Virus record (IMG/VR): IMGVR_UViG_3300001594_000003
Location: 1-64,000 of that record
DNA: 64,000 nt
Direction: 5' to 3' (one strand)
Origin: a virus
Lineage: Duplodnaviria; Caudoviricetes
In this document: positions 30,301 to 39,671 of the stretch, piece by piece
Numbering within the stretch: the first letter of the stretch is position 1
Layout: every line of letters begins with the position of its first letter
Notes under the pieces: model-generated
What the model was told of the DNA's origin: nothing
Databases searched by the model: none
The model's input: only the letters and a program-made list of their open reading frames with translations
Made by a program: the position numbers and the translations under genes

Positions 30301-31952
30301 CTGTCTCCGCAGAGAAGATCGTTACCGTAGAAGACGTTACCGTGTACCCGAAGTCGGCTACTATCGATGGTCCGTCCGTAGTTGATTCGCTTGCCACTCA
30401 GCAGTTTGAGTTGCGTGTGACCTTCGAAGACAACAGCACCATGATCATGCCTGCTTCGTCGTGGACGTCTAGCAACATGGGCACTGCCGGTACCATCAAC
30501 ACTGAAGGCCTGTTCACTGCTAAAGAGAACAAGACTGGCACCAACATCAACACCACCCTCACAGCTAAGTACAGCTTGGATGGTCGCGAAGTTACGGCAA
30601 CCAAGGTCATCGGTGTGCGCGACACTACGAACTATCCGGCAAGCATCGCTATCAGCGGTCCTAACTCGGTCAATAGTTCCACTGAGTCGGGCGCAGGTAC
30701 TGCTCAGTATTCGGCAACTGTTACTTACCTTGACGGCACCACTGCTACTTCTCCTGTTGGTACTTGGGAAGTGTCTGGTGCGAACGTGTCTGATCCTATT
30801 GGTACCATCGACACTACTGGTTTGTTCACTGCTAACCAGAAGCCCGGCGGCGCTACTCGGAACATCACAGTCAAGTTCCAGTACACTGAGCACGGCCGCA
30901 CGATCAACGGCAGCAAATCTGTTTCGCTGGTTGTTGTTCCTGTGCCGACTGCACTCACTATTATCGGTGATGCAACAATCGCTTCGGGTAGCACCAAGAC
31001 GTACACTGCACAGGCTACTATGTCTAATGGCACCACGCAGAACGTCGCTGCAACCTTCAGCACCACAGCATCTGCTGACGTGGCTACAATCACTGAGGCT
31101 GGTGTCGTTACTACAGGCAATGCTGCTGCGGACACTTCAATCGAGCTGGCTGCAACCTACACTGCTAACGGCTTGACCGTCAACATCACTCGGAACGTTA
31201 CTGTTCTGAAGGTTGTTGCTTTGAGTTCCATCACAGTGACGGGTGCGACCACCGTTGAATCTGGTGCATCCACTCAGTACGCAGTGACTGCCAACTTCGA
31301 TAACGGCACCACGCAGCCCGTAACAAGCGCTGCTCTGTATGCTGTAAGCGATTCTGCTGCAGGTACCTTCTCGGCAACAACGAAGGGCCTGTTCAACGCT
31401 GCTGCGGTTGCCGTTGATACTCCGGTTACGTTGCAGTTCACTTACACGCACAACGGCATCACACGTCAGGCTACAGTTGAGCTGACAGTCACTGCGCCCG
31501 TTGCTACTGGTAGTGCTCTGCCTCGCTACGGCGTTGCTCAGTTCTCTGACACCGACTTCACTGGCGGTAAGACTGGCACTGACCCGTACGGTGTCCCGTA
31601 TGTTCGCTGGTCTGGTCTGCAGGACTTTGCTGACAAGGTACTCACTAACCTGATGCCTTCCAGCAACAGCAACGAGACCTTCACCGTTAACATTGGTGAA
31701 GGCCAGTACGCATACTACATGCACCCGAAGTCGATCATCACAGAACGCACCGAGTTCACCGATTTGGCGATCAACGTGCCTGGTGGTATGGGCGGCATTA
31801 CTTGGACTCCGGAAGGCGAAGTCGGCGAGAGCTTCGATCCTATGGAAGTTCTGTTCGATGCGAAAGACGGGCAGGGTGCTCAGCCGTGGCTCATCTATCG
31901 TACTGACTGGGATAGCCTGGGTACGATCACGTTCCGCGTTCGTTACATTTGA
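27375..31952 (+). CDS. Long Ig-like repeat fibre protein (LRRVS anchor, about 12 Ig repeats, C-terminal YRTD domain)
   Basis: About 95-aa repeats YP.SA.I.G...E....V..W.S....G.I...G; GGAG RBS before the ATG at 27375. Confidence 0.85.
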   Translation: MGTPTLPEFIRQAMALADYRNLAAENPVPVQLPLGNGENMIVVVAHLEPNNVTLPFNVSWIVADPASEDYMKVLRRVSALPTVKYRNTWQEVDSYEALIAEPQYWDFTSGFNVGEVDVPQLGAATVDVRGLMKLNRAYTPDAARPMVVAGNDTRMGNARDPLPHTHPKLPITMIRGASGINAYTLKVSTADTPVAGQILTITGPGAKPGEWIGAWRRPVQADLVYDGPTFDDLTIVGPENGVIDETMPFTFRANAVFSDGQTLNNVDARWAIIGNGQYASIGQLSGIFQSLDVAEDTTVRVEARWTHPDSGQTQVRYVDVVVKDNTVKVNLVRIELNGMSEIEENSVATYTVTAFFDNDTSTGVTPTTFTSSNPGAGNFNAVTGVLDAGELTADQTTTISATYAFNGVTRDANLEVMVRDTTIYPASAAIVGGNQVGEGTTVNYTLRVTYTDGVQADVEASDWTSSNEAAGSINATTGEFTAQSGLREDVSTTLSASYTLEGRTVYASRQILVKDLTVYPRSAVILGSAQINENSISTYQMSVTFTDDTTSVVTVNDWALDNAQLGTINSATGQLVAAANVTEDTSGIISASYTAEGITVNATFNVTVSDITNYPVSARVVGNAQMNENTTQTLLFEVTYLDNTKVNEPVTNWASTNPAIATVGAANGVVTAAVNVTTNGTTTISASFSKHGRTVNADLALTVRDATNYPVSAVVNGPSSINEGAQGDFTLAVTYADGTTANRTATWSVTGGGGATINSTGRVVAPVNVDANTTGEVTGSFSLDGRNVTAKKTFTVIDTTVYPISARILGANSVPENTTETFTLEVTFSNATKQVVSVTNWASSIVSTGTINANTGVFSALETTGNKVTKITASYTSAGRTVGSELDVTVVDATNYPVSAVVEGPSTMEEGSDAEYFLRVTFTDATTSLVPVTDWASSKPSVGVINPTTGAFTSAANLTTTSTTTISGSYTSEGITVSAEKIVTVEDVTVYPKSATIDGPSVVDSLATQQFELRVTFEDNSTMIMPASSWTSSNMGTAGTINTEGLFTAKENKTGTNINTTLTAKYSLDGREVTATKVIGVRDTTNYPASIAISGPNSVNSSTESGAGTAQYSATVTYLDGTTATSPVGTWEVSGANVSDPIGTIDTTGLFTANQKPGGATRNITVKFQYTEHGRTINGSKSVSLVVVPVPTALTIIGDATIASGSTKTYTAQATMSNGTTQNVAATFSTTASADVATITEAGVVTTGNAAADTSIELAATYTANGLTVNITRNVTVLKVVALSSITVTGATTVESGASTQYAVTANFDNGTTQPVTSAALYAVSDSAAGTFSATTKGLFNAAAVAVDTPVTLQFTYTHNGITRQATVELTVTAPVATGSALPRYGVAQFSDTDFTGGKTGTDPYGVPYVRWSGLQDFADKVLTNLMPSSNSNETFTVNIGEGQYAYYMHPKSIITERTEFTDLAINVPGGMGGITWTPEGEVGESFDPMEVLFDAKDGQGAQPWLIYRTDWDSLGTITFRVRYI

Positions 31953-31961
31953 TATAACCAA

Positions 31962-31983
31962 GGGGAGAGGTAATACTCTCCCC
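31962..31983 (+). other. GC-rich stem-loop without a U tract
   Basis: ggggagag-gtaata-ctctcccc. Confidence 0.7.
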
Positions 31984-31999
31984 ACTCTGGAGTTACGTT

Positions 32000-32953
32000 A
32001 TGCCACTCTATGCCTCGGCGTTTTTTGTGCCTACGAGTGCGGGGATTCCATATATCTTGGAGGATATCTATCTGCGTGGCGGTTATCGTTCGGTAGCTAC
32101 TATAGCGGATATGTATGCCATTAAACCCGCCTCCCGTAAGGCCGGTATGATGTGCTACGTTCGAGAAGACTCGACGTTGTACGAAATCAAAGGTCCGGCA
32201 ACATCTGGTGATGCTGCGTGGACAAAAGCTGATCTGACTCGCTACGTCAACTATGAATGGCAGCAACCGCTTGCCATGGAAAAGGACGAAACGACCGGAG
32301 CCTTCAAAGTCTCTATCGATGAAAAGCGCATCGTGCCTGTAATCGATGAAGCCTCTGCTGGTTGGATTCTTACTGCTGACCCTGAACTCGGACCTGTTTG
32401 GGTTAAGCTGGATGCCCTGCCTGTGCGTGACGCTGCGAGCGTAGGGGATGCCCTAATACTCGACGCTCAGAAGAACCCAATCTGGGGTCAGATCAAAGCA
32501 CTTCCCTCTACGGAAGGCGTTGAAACTGGCAGCTCGCTCGTTCTTGGTGCTGAAGGTCCTGTCTGGGGTTCGCCTCAGCAAGTCGGACGTATCACCATCA
32601 ACGAAGCGATGGACGTCATTATCGTTGCAGGTACTGCGCAGAAGGCAGTCGCTATTCAGTGCAATACCGCGATGGTTCTGCGTCTTGCCGTTTCTCATCC
32701 AGACCTGTACGTGGAGATTCATTCGACCAACGCGTACAACGACAGTAACCCGTACAGCTTCCTGTCTTCCTCTGTCAAGCTGGAAGATGATGGTGTAACT
32801 ACACTGGAAGATGCTTCCGAGATGCGTGCGCGCCGTTACGGTTTCTTCTCTAACCCGAACGACGGTGACAAGAAGATGTACGTTCGAGTCGAGAACCGTG
32901 GTCAGGAATCTGCGAACGTCACGCTGTCTATGATTCTGCTGCCTCTGGAGTAA
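32000..32953 (+). CDS. Putative fibre-associated structural protein
   Basis: N-terminal GGYRSVATIADMYAI..RKAGMMCYV motif and short LP..G..L....P.W fibre repeats. Confidence 0.6.
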   Translation: MPLYASAFFVPTSAGIPYILEDIYLRGGYRSVATIADMYAIKPASRKAGMMCYVREDSTLYEIKGPATSGDAAWTKADLTRYVNYEWQQPLAMEKDETTGAFKVSIDEKRIVPVIDEASAGWILTADPELGPVWVKLDALPVRDAASVGDALILDAQKNPIWGQIKALPSTEGVETGSSLVLGAEGPVWGSPQQVGRITINEAMDVIIVAGTAQKAVAIQCNTAMVLRLAVSHPDLYVEIHSTNAYNDSNPYSFLSSSVKLEDDGVTTLEDASEMRARRYGFFSNPNDGDKKMYVRVENRGQESANVTLSMILLPLE

Positions 32954-32958
32954 CAAGT

Positions 32959-34176
32959 ATGTGGATCGCCGAAGCCAAGGTAGACCCGAAGTTGTTTAGC
33001 TGGTTTACCTTCAACGGACCTAAGGCGATCAAGCTTGGACGTGACCAAGAGTTCAACCAAAAGCATCCACTTCAGGTGCGCCCGGGTGAACTCGTTGGTT
33101 TGAAGAAAGCAACACGCGGACCCGGGGCGGGCAACTATCAAGTTCTCCTCGGGCACGCTGTTCACGTTGTTTTCCGCAATGTACCGCAGAAGATGATCGA
33201 TAAGCTGGTCGATCATCTAAAGCCACACAAGGGTACACCGCCTGAGCATGGTCAGCTTCAAGAAGGTCAAAAGCGGAATCGCAAGGTTCAGATTCGAGAC
33301 AAGATCGAAAGCGACAAACAGCGGGATGATTTCTACCGTCCGACTGGTGCAGTACGGGAGCATTCTACCTACGACAGACTCAACTACCAGTGGCGCAAAG
33401 TCGTTCACGCCGGTACGCCCATTAAGAGTTTGAAGCAGGGTCGCTCCAAGTATTCACTGCAACAGGACGATATCGTCGGTGTTCGGTATATGACCAAAGC
33501 CCGAGGAGGCTTCATCATTCTGCCTAACGGTCAGCGCGTCAACATATCGCATGACACCTACGAATCCGTTGTTGGTAGCACCCGTATTCTGCCGAGCAGC
33601 AAGCAGCAGAAGGGTATTGTGATCATAGCGGATGTGAAGGCTGCACTGCCGAAGCAAACCCGCATTCGTAAGCCAAAAGAGGAAGAACCTGACGTCCGTC
33701 GCGTTCCTCGGGACGCTCACGAAAATCGCACCGGCACTCGCATTAAGCGAGACATTCAACGCGGCGGCCTCGTGTACAAGCATGAGGACATTCCTGACGT
33801 TGAAATGGAAGACGATGAAGATGAAGACCTTGACGATATAGCCGAGCAAGAAGAAAGCCCGACCGTACCGCTTAGTCATCAGCCTGTATCGGTCCTGAAA
33901 GTCGGTACGAAGATCAAATCCGCTAAGCGCAGTGAAAACGAGTTCATCGTGGTTGATGTTCGTCAGGATACGGGCTATACCGAGTTTTCCCTGTACAGTC
34001 CGTTAAAGAAAGACGTGCGTAAGCTGCGTATTGGTACTGATGTGGACATGAGCACTTATCGGTCTGTGATCCCTGCTGGTGAAGCTGACAAGTCCGAAGT
34101 TGCTGCAGGCAAACGAGCCTTCAACAAAGCTGTAAAGGATAAGAAGTTCACCATAGGTTCCATTCACGATCAGTGA
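32959..34176 (+). CDS. Hypothetical (probable virion) protein
   Basis: GGAG RBS; basic with an acidic patch. Confidence 0.7.
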   Translation: MWIAEAKVDPKLFSWFTFNGPKAIKLGRDQEFNQKHPLQVRPGELVGLKKATRGPGAGNYQVLLGHAVHVVFRNVPQKMIDKLVDHLKPHKGTPPEHGQLQEGQKRNRKVQIRDKIESDKQRDDFYRPTGAVREHSTYDRLNYQWRKVVHAGTPIKSLKQGRSKYSLQQDDIVGVRYMTKARGGFIILPNGQRVNISHDTYESVVGSTRILPSSKQQKGIVIIADVKAALPKQTRIRKPKEEEPDVRRVPRDAHENRTGTRIKRDIQRGGLVYKHEDIPDVEMEDDEDEDLDDIAEQEESPTVPLSHQPVSVLKVGTKIKSAKRSENEFIVVDVRQDTGYTEFSLYSPLKKDVRKLRIGTDVDMSTYRSVIPAGEADKSEVAAGKRAFNKAVKDKKFTIGSIHDQ

Positions 34177-34182
34177 GTTCCC

Positions 34183-36108
34183 ATGAATATCAAGGCTATC
34201 AAAAGGAATCCACGGGCCGCAGCCGAGGCGATGACCCTCGGCGAGCTCCGTAAAACGCTCCAACATTTCGACTATGAATATCACGACCAGAATGCTTCGT
34301 CTATCGCTGATGAGGTGTACGATATCCTTCGTGATGTTCACGATGAGCGCAGTAAAAAGCCGTATGCTCGTGTGGGTTCTAAATCCACACATGCTGCACG
34401 TCGTAAGAAACTGCTGGTGCCCATGGGTAGCCTCTCCAAACTAAAGCCCGGCTCGTCTGGGCTTTCTGCGTTTCTGGAGAAAGGCCCCTTTGTTGTTTCA
34501 GACAAGGAAGATGGCATTAGCCTGCAACTTGTCTACCGTAATCACGATCTGGTTCAAGCTCTACAGCGTGGCGACGGTAAGATCGGTACTGATTCGTCCG
34601 GCGTCATTCCAGCATTGAATGTACCGAAGCGTATCAAAGAGAAGGACTTGATCGTCCGCGTCGAGTTCACCATGGGTAAGGCAACGTTCAGCAAACACTT
34701 CGATAAAGCCAGTGGCGGCGAGTTTGAAAACGCACGCAACGGTGCTGGTGGTCTGCTGAATCGTAACCAACCAAATCCTATCATATCCAAGATTAAGTGT
34801 ATTGCGCACGAAATCATGGAAGGTAAGAATGCACGCGTGGCTCCGTCTAAGCAGTTCGCATTCTTGAAAACTCTAGGCTTCGATGTGGTGCCGCACAAGG
34901 TATATCCGAAGCTGACTGAGAAGATACTGACCAACTTGCTGTCGTTGCGCAAGTCGCGCAGTCGCCGTGAGATTGACGGTATCGTTGTGGCACAAGATCG
35001 CACGTACACCGTGTCAGGCAAATACCCGACGCATGCCGTAGCGTTCAAGATCAATGATCTGGAATCCAGTGTGCTTGTAACCGTCAAAGACGTTGAGTGG
35101 AATGAATCGCGGTATGGTCGATTGGCACCTCGCGTTATCATCGAACCGACACGCATTGGCGGTGTAACTGTCACACACTTCACAGGACACAACGGGTTCT
35201 ACATAGAGCACGGTTACACGTCCAAGGTGAAATCACCTCCGTATTCTCCACGACCCATCAACAAAGGGGCCGTTATTCGAGCAGTGCGATCTGGTGACGT
35301 TATTCCGTACATAGTTGAAGTCGTGAAAGCAGCCAAGAAACCTTCTCAACCCTCAATTGAGTTTGAGTCGGATGGCGTTCACTACTACGCCTCTACCGGC
35401 GGCGATGACCGCAAGGCGAAGCTCCTGCTCAACTTCTTCAATGCCCTTGAAGTGGATGGCGTTAAGCGCGGCACTATTGACGTGCTGATCAAGAATGGAT
35501 TCGACACCATCAAGAAGATCATCACCGCCAAAGCCGCTGACTTTGAACAGATACCTCGCTTCGGTCACACCAAGGCAGTTACGATAGAGCGCAATATCCG
35601 CGATGCTTTGGCTAAGCGTGCAACGCTGCCCAAATTGGCTGCAGGCAGTGCGCTGTTCGGCGATAAGTTTGGCGAGTCTCGACTACGCGATCTGTTTGAT
35701 TCAGTACCAAACATCGTATACTCTGACCTGAGTAAGCGTGAATTGGTTGATGCCATTCAACAGGTACGTGGCTTCAAAGCTCTGGCTGTTCCTGCTGCTG
35801 AGGCTATACCTAAGTTCCGTCTTTTCTTGAAGAAGCTCGGTGTCAAGGTAGTTGCAGAACAGAAGGTTGCCATAGTTGCCGGTGGTAAGATGGAGGGTAA
35901 ATCCGTCCTGTTTACCTCAGTACGCGACAAGCAACTGCAAGAGTGGATCATAGCGCAAGGCGGTAAGATGGCATCCACCGTCAAATCAGCTAATTTACTC
36001 ATTGTTAAAGACCAATTCGCATCCAACAACAAAACAGAGTATGCGCAACAGAATGGCATTCCGGTAATGACGTTGGATCAGTTCCGAACCAAATACAAGG
36101 TGTCCTGA
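34183..36108 (+). CDS. ligA: NAD+-dependent DNA ligase lacking the Zn finger
   Basis: Domain Ia YH..IADEVYD, KEDG, QRGDG, RNGAGG, IDGIV, AVAFK, RSGDVIP, HhH, C-terminal BRCT. Confidence 0.93.
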   Translation: MNIKAIKRNPRAAAEAMTLGELRKTLQHFDYEYHDQNASSIADEVYDILRDVHDERSKKPYARVGSKSTHAARRKKLLVPMGSLSKLKPGSSGLSAFLEKGPFVVSDKEDGISLQLVYRNHDLVQALQRGDGKIGTDSSGVIPALNVPKRIKEKDLIVRVEFTMGKATFSKHFDKASGGEFENARNGAGGLLNRNQPNPIISKIKCIAHEIMEGKNARVAPSKQFAFLKTLGFDVVPHKVYPKLTEKILTNLLSLRKSRSRREIDGIVVAQDRTYTVSGKYPTHAVAFKINDLESSVLVTVKDVEWNESRYGRLAPRVIIEPTRIGGVTVTHFTGHNGFYIEHGYTSKVKSPPYSPRPINKGAVIRAVRSGDVIPYIVEVVKAAKKPSQPSIEFESDGVHYYASTGGDDRKAKLLLNFFNALEVDGVKRGTIDVLIKNGFDTIKKIITAKAADFEQIPRFGHTKAVTIERNIRDALAKRATLPKLAAGSALFGDKFGESRLRDLFDSVPNIVYSDLSKRELVDAIQQVRGFKALAVPAAEAIPKFRLFLKKLGVKVVAEQKVAIVAGGKMEGKSVLFTSVRDKQLQEWIIAQGGKMASTVKSANLLIVKDQFASNNKTEYAQQNGIPVMTLDQFRTKYKVS

Positions 36109-36809
36109 TGACTCAGATCAGAATACAGTCTGATGGCTCGGTCGAATCGCTCTCAGCACGCGCACGAAACAGGCAACCCAATAGTCGACCTGCACGTCCC
36201 GACGATGTTAAAGTTGTTCGGGAAGATGCTCCGATTCCGACTACTGTACGTCCGCGTAATGAGCCGAAGACCCGTGTCATTCCCGAGCCTGAACCGAAGA
36301 AGCGTATGCGTAAGAGCGGCATTGCAGAAGAAGCATTCCGCAATCTCCTCGATAAAGAACGAGGCCGCTTCGCACGTAAGTCCTTTGCTGTGCCAAAGCC
36401 AATGCCCCAAGAACTCAAAGACCATGCCCTGTTTAACGAGGCTGTTGGTATCTTGCGTGAAATGGGCGTTGATCCTTACTCGGATAGTGGCCAAGGGCAG
36501 TTGGAGCAGAAGTTGGCCGAACTGTCCAACATTCAGAGTGACGACAATTCCGATGATCAGGAAGTCTCAACTGAATTGAGTCGTATGCGTGCCAATCTGA
36601 AATCGCGCATACTGGAACTCCGAGAGCTCCTCAAAGAACGAGCAGCCTTGAAGGCAGTAGAGCAGCGCGAATCTCGGGACGAACACCAGAACCGCAGATA
36701 CGAAAGCCTTACCGATCGCCTCAAATCAACAATCAAATACGTTCGCCGCCTTCGTCTCGACGTAGACAAGGCACGCAAGCGTATCGAACGATCCCGCCCT
36801 AAGGTTTAA
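36108..36809 (+). CDS. Basic coiled-coil protein with the shared MxxIxIxxDGSxESLxA leader
   Basis: N-terminus MTQIRIQSDGSVESLSA; Arg-rich. Confidence 0.75.
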   Translation: MTQIRIQSDGSVESLSARARNRQPNSRPARPDDVKVVREDAPIPTTVRPRNEPKTRVIPEPEPKKRMRKSGIAEEAFRNLLDKERGRFARKSFAVPKPMPQELKDHALFNEAVGILREMGVDPYSDSGQGQLEQKLAELSNIQSDDNSDDQEVSTELSRMRANLKSRILELRELLKERAALKAVEQRESRDEHQNRRYESLTDRLKSTIKYVRRLRLDVDKARKRIERSRPKV

Positions 36810-36811
36810 TC

Positions 36812-37813
36812 ATGGCCAAAATCACAATTCACAAAGACGGCAGTTTTGAATCTCTTGCAGCCGTTGATTATAAGCAAAAGATTGCTCAGGCTAAAGTTGA
36901 AATCAAAACGAACAAAGAGCTTCTTCGTGGTGAAAGACGGGCTCTTGCCACCCTTAAGCGTATTGCCATAATGAAGGCTTCCGCTGACGCAAACAGCGGA
37001 GAGAAGAAAGAGAAGTTTCTTTCCAGTATTAAGCATCTGCGTATGCAGAAGGGCATCTCTCCTAGAAGTACACTCAGTTCAGTCAAAGCACGTATTTTAC
37101 GATTGGAAAAATCCATCATTCGAGAGCAGAATAACATCGAGAAGTGGAAGGAAAAGCTCGGTATTGCCAAAGCTAAGCCTGTAGCCAAAAGTGTTCCTGA
37201 GAAGAAACCTGCGGCCAAGGTCGAGAAGTCCAGCCCCAAGCCACAGCCGAAAATCCGCATCGTACCGGCTTCCGACAAGAAGACCGGCAACACTCTGGCT
37301 AAGATGCAAGCGTCTTATGCCGAAATCACCGAGCAGTTGAAGCACGATATGCCTCCGTCGAAGAAATCGCGTCTTCGTTCTGAGCGTGCGCGTCTGCGCG
37401 TTATGATTGCCGAGTTGAAGCGCGGTCAGAGAGCTGCGAACAAGAAAGCTACCGAGAACAAGGCTAAGCCCAGCGGTAATATGGGATCATCTAAGTCCAA
37501 AGTAGTTCCTAAGTCTGGTATGGGTAGCGCTGCATCAAAAGCTACTGCTGACACAAAGTCGATACGGAAGGCTGTAGGCAGTGTCCTGTCGTTGGGTACC
37601 TTGACTGCAAAGGAAATGAAGAACATCCATTGGTCAAGGTCAGCCAAGGGTATCAAGCTCGAAAGCTCTCAGTACAACATCGTTGGTGCCATTAGCGAGA
37701 AAACAGCTAATAACCACAAAACATCGTTGGATGAGATTGAGGAATATCTCAAAGAGCACGGAAAGCCGCTCAAACCAAAGCGTGTGAAGCCATTCCGTTC
37801 CTTGTACGATTGA
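36812..37813 (+). CDS. Lys-rich protein with the shared leader
   Basis: N-terminus MAKITIHKDGSFESLAA; highly basic. Confidence 0.75.
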   Translation: MAKITIHKDGSFESLAAVDYKQKIAQAKVEIKTNKELLRGERRALATLKRIAIMKASADANSGEKKEKFLSSIKHLRMQKGISPRSTLSSVKARILRLEKSIIREQNNIEKWKEKLGIAKAKPVAKSVPEKKPAAKVEKSSPKPQPKIRIVPASDKKTGNTLAKMQASYAEITEQLKHDMPPSKKSRLRSERARLRVMIAELKRGQRAANKKATENKAKPSGNMGSSKSKVVPKSGMGSAASKATADTKSIRKAVGSVLSLGTLTAKEMKNIHWSRSAKGIKLESSQYNIVGAISEKTANNHKTSLDEIEEYLKEHGKPLKPKRVKPFRSLYD

Positions 37814-37823
37814 GGACGTAACA

Positions 37824-38021
37824 ATGCCATACAGTGGACCCGAAGACCTCCATCAGAACCTTCAAGAAATACTCCCGAAACATGCCCAAGAAATCTACGT
37901 GGCAGCGTTCAATAACGCACTAAAGGAATATGGAACTGAGGATGCTGCACGCAAGGTTGCCTGGTCTGCTGTTAAGCATAAGTACAAAAAGGGCTCCGGT
38001 CGCAAATGGGTACTAAAATGA
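37824..38021 (+). CDS. chaB: ChaB-family protein
   Basis: MPY....L...L...LP.HAQEIY..AFN.A...Y..E..A..VAWSAVK..Y.K....W. Confidence 0.88.
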   Translation: MPYSGPEDLHQNLQEILPKHAQEIYVAAFNNALKEYGTEDAARKVAWSAVKHKYKKGSGRKWVLK

Positions 38022-38512
38022 GACTGCCAACCAATACGCGAGGCCAACGCAAACTGCACGCTTTCATCCATATAGTGTGTAAGTCAATTGCAGGTCATCC
38101 CGATGGTTATTTAGGTACAGGGAAGAACGTAACCACATCGCATTGCCACACGCGATCTGCCCAGTTCATCCAGTCTCGTGGTGCACAACACATGAACGAC
38201 TACATGGTTCTTGTCGGTAACCCCGGCATGTACGAAATCATGCACTCGTTGATTGCATCACACAATGAGACGGCTATACTCTCGGACACAGGAGGCGGCA
38301 GCTTCATCGATGGTGTGTACCGAGCTGCGTTTGCACAGAACGCCACAACAACTCTGGATTACGAAATCTACTGCGCGTACCGCATTCGTGATCTGATCGA
38401 ATTGAGCAAGCACTTGGACGAGTTTGACGCGCATTACCCTGCGCTACAACCACTAGAGTTTCACGGTAAGGACATACCGAAACTCGGACTTGCTCGCGTC
38501 AACCTGAAGTAA
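38018..38512 (+). CDS. Hypothetical protein
   Basis: ATGA overlap at 38018. Confidence 0.65.
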   Translation: MRLPTNTRGQRKLHAFIHIVCKSIAGHPDGYLGTGKNVTTSHCHTRSAQFIQSRGAQHMNDYMVLVGNPGMYEIMHSLIASHNETAILSDTGGGSFIDGVYRAAFAQNATTTLDYEIYCAYRIRDLIELSKHLDEFDAHYPALQPLEFHGKDIPKLGLARVNLK

Positions 38513-38540
38513 TCATGGAAGTCTAACCAAGGACCATAGA

Positions 38541-39671
38541 ATGAAACTTGCTGTATACGCCATCGCAAAGAACGAAATCAAGCACGTTGACCGTTGGTAT
38601 GAGTGCGTTAAAGACGCAGACGAAGTGGTTGTTCTCGACACTGGGTCCACTGACGGTACTGCCGAGCGTCTTGCTGAACTTGGCGCTCGTGTAATTTCAA
38701 CCGAGTTAGTGCCGTTTCGCTTCGACACTGCACGGAACACCGCCTTGAACCTAGTGAGTCCTGAGATGGACTACTGCATGTTTATGGACCTCGATGAGAC
38801 CATGCCTGAAGGTTCTATTGGTAAGATCAGAGAACTGATCGATGCCTCGAACCAGATGATGTACGGCGTGCGCCTGGTGTTCACATTCGATGCAAACCGT
38901 CAGCCGCTAGTGTCGTATACGCGAGAAGCCATTCACACTCGAAAGGACTTCTACTGGAAGTATCCTGTCCATGAGTTGTTGATGTGCCACGAACCCGACT
39001 ACTCGTTCTCTGAGCTTCCGATCGATGTTTTCCATGAACCAGATAACGACAAGTCGCGTGGTTCGTACTTGGACTTGCTGGAAACCGCAGTTCAGGAGAA
39101 TCCAACGGATGCCCGCTGCGTTCAGTATCTCGGTCGCGAGTATATGTACCAAGGCCGCTACTTCGATGCCATCATGTGGTTGAAGCGTCACTTGGAGGTT
39201 GAAGTTCACGGGCCGTTCCGTAGTGAGTCCGCACGGTATATCAGCCAGTGTTATTACTCTATGGGCGACTCGCTTGAGAACTCCACAGACGAAGCCGAAG
39301 CATGGTTATATCGGGCATGTGCTGAGCAGAACGACGCACGCGAACCCTTCTGTGACCTTGCATATCTGTACTTCATCTGTGGTGAATATGAGTGTGCGAT
39401 CGGTGCTATCCGTTCTGCGTTGCGTGTGGAGTCTCCGCCGAACGTACCGATGATTCGCCGTGACGAACTCTATCAGCACTGGCCGTACCACATGCTTGCA
39501 GCTTGCTACGAGAATCTCGGAAACAAACGACAAGCACAACAAAACATTCAACTGGCGATGATGAACGCTAAGAGCATCGATGGTACTCTGGCGCAAGACA
39601 TTGCAAAGATATTGGGGCTGCAAGATGTTAGTAAGTCTATCGCTAGCCAGGAAGTTCCCTCGCCTCTCTAA
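38541..39671 (+). CDS. GT2 glycosyltransferase with TPR repeats
   Basis: IAKNE, VLDTGSTDGT, FDTARN, DLDE (DxD), VHE; C-terminal TPR-like helices. Confidence 0.88.
   Translation: MKLAVYAIAKNEIKHVDRWYECVKDADEVVVLDTGSTDGTAERLAELGARVISTELVPFRFDTARNTALNLVSPEMDYCMFMDLDETMPEGSIGKIRELIDASNQMMYGVRLVFTFDANRQPLVSYTREAIHTRKDFYWKYPVHELLMCHEPDYSFSELPIDVFHEPDNDKSRGSYLDLLETAVQENPTDARCVQYLGREYMYQGRYFDAIMWLKRHLEVEVHGPFRSESARYISQCYYSMGDSLENSTDEAEAWLYRACAEQNDAREPFCDLAYLYFICGEYECAIGAIRSALRVESPPNVPMIRRDELYQHWPYHMLAACYENLGNKRQAQQNIQLAMMNAKSIDGTLAQDIAKILGLQDVSKSIASQEVPSPL

Noticed and set aside
28488-30893. 801-aa minus-strand ORF and other antisense ORFs over the sheath, Ig, baseplate and adhesin genes
   Set aside because: Shadow frames of well-supported + strand genes.
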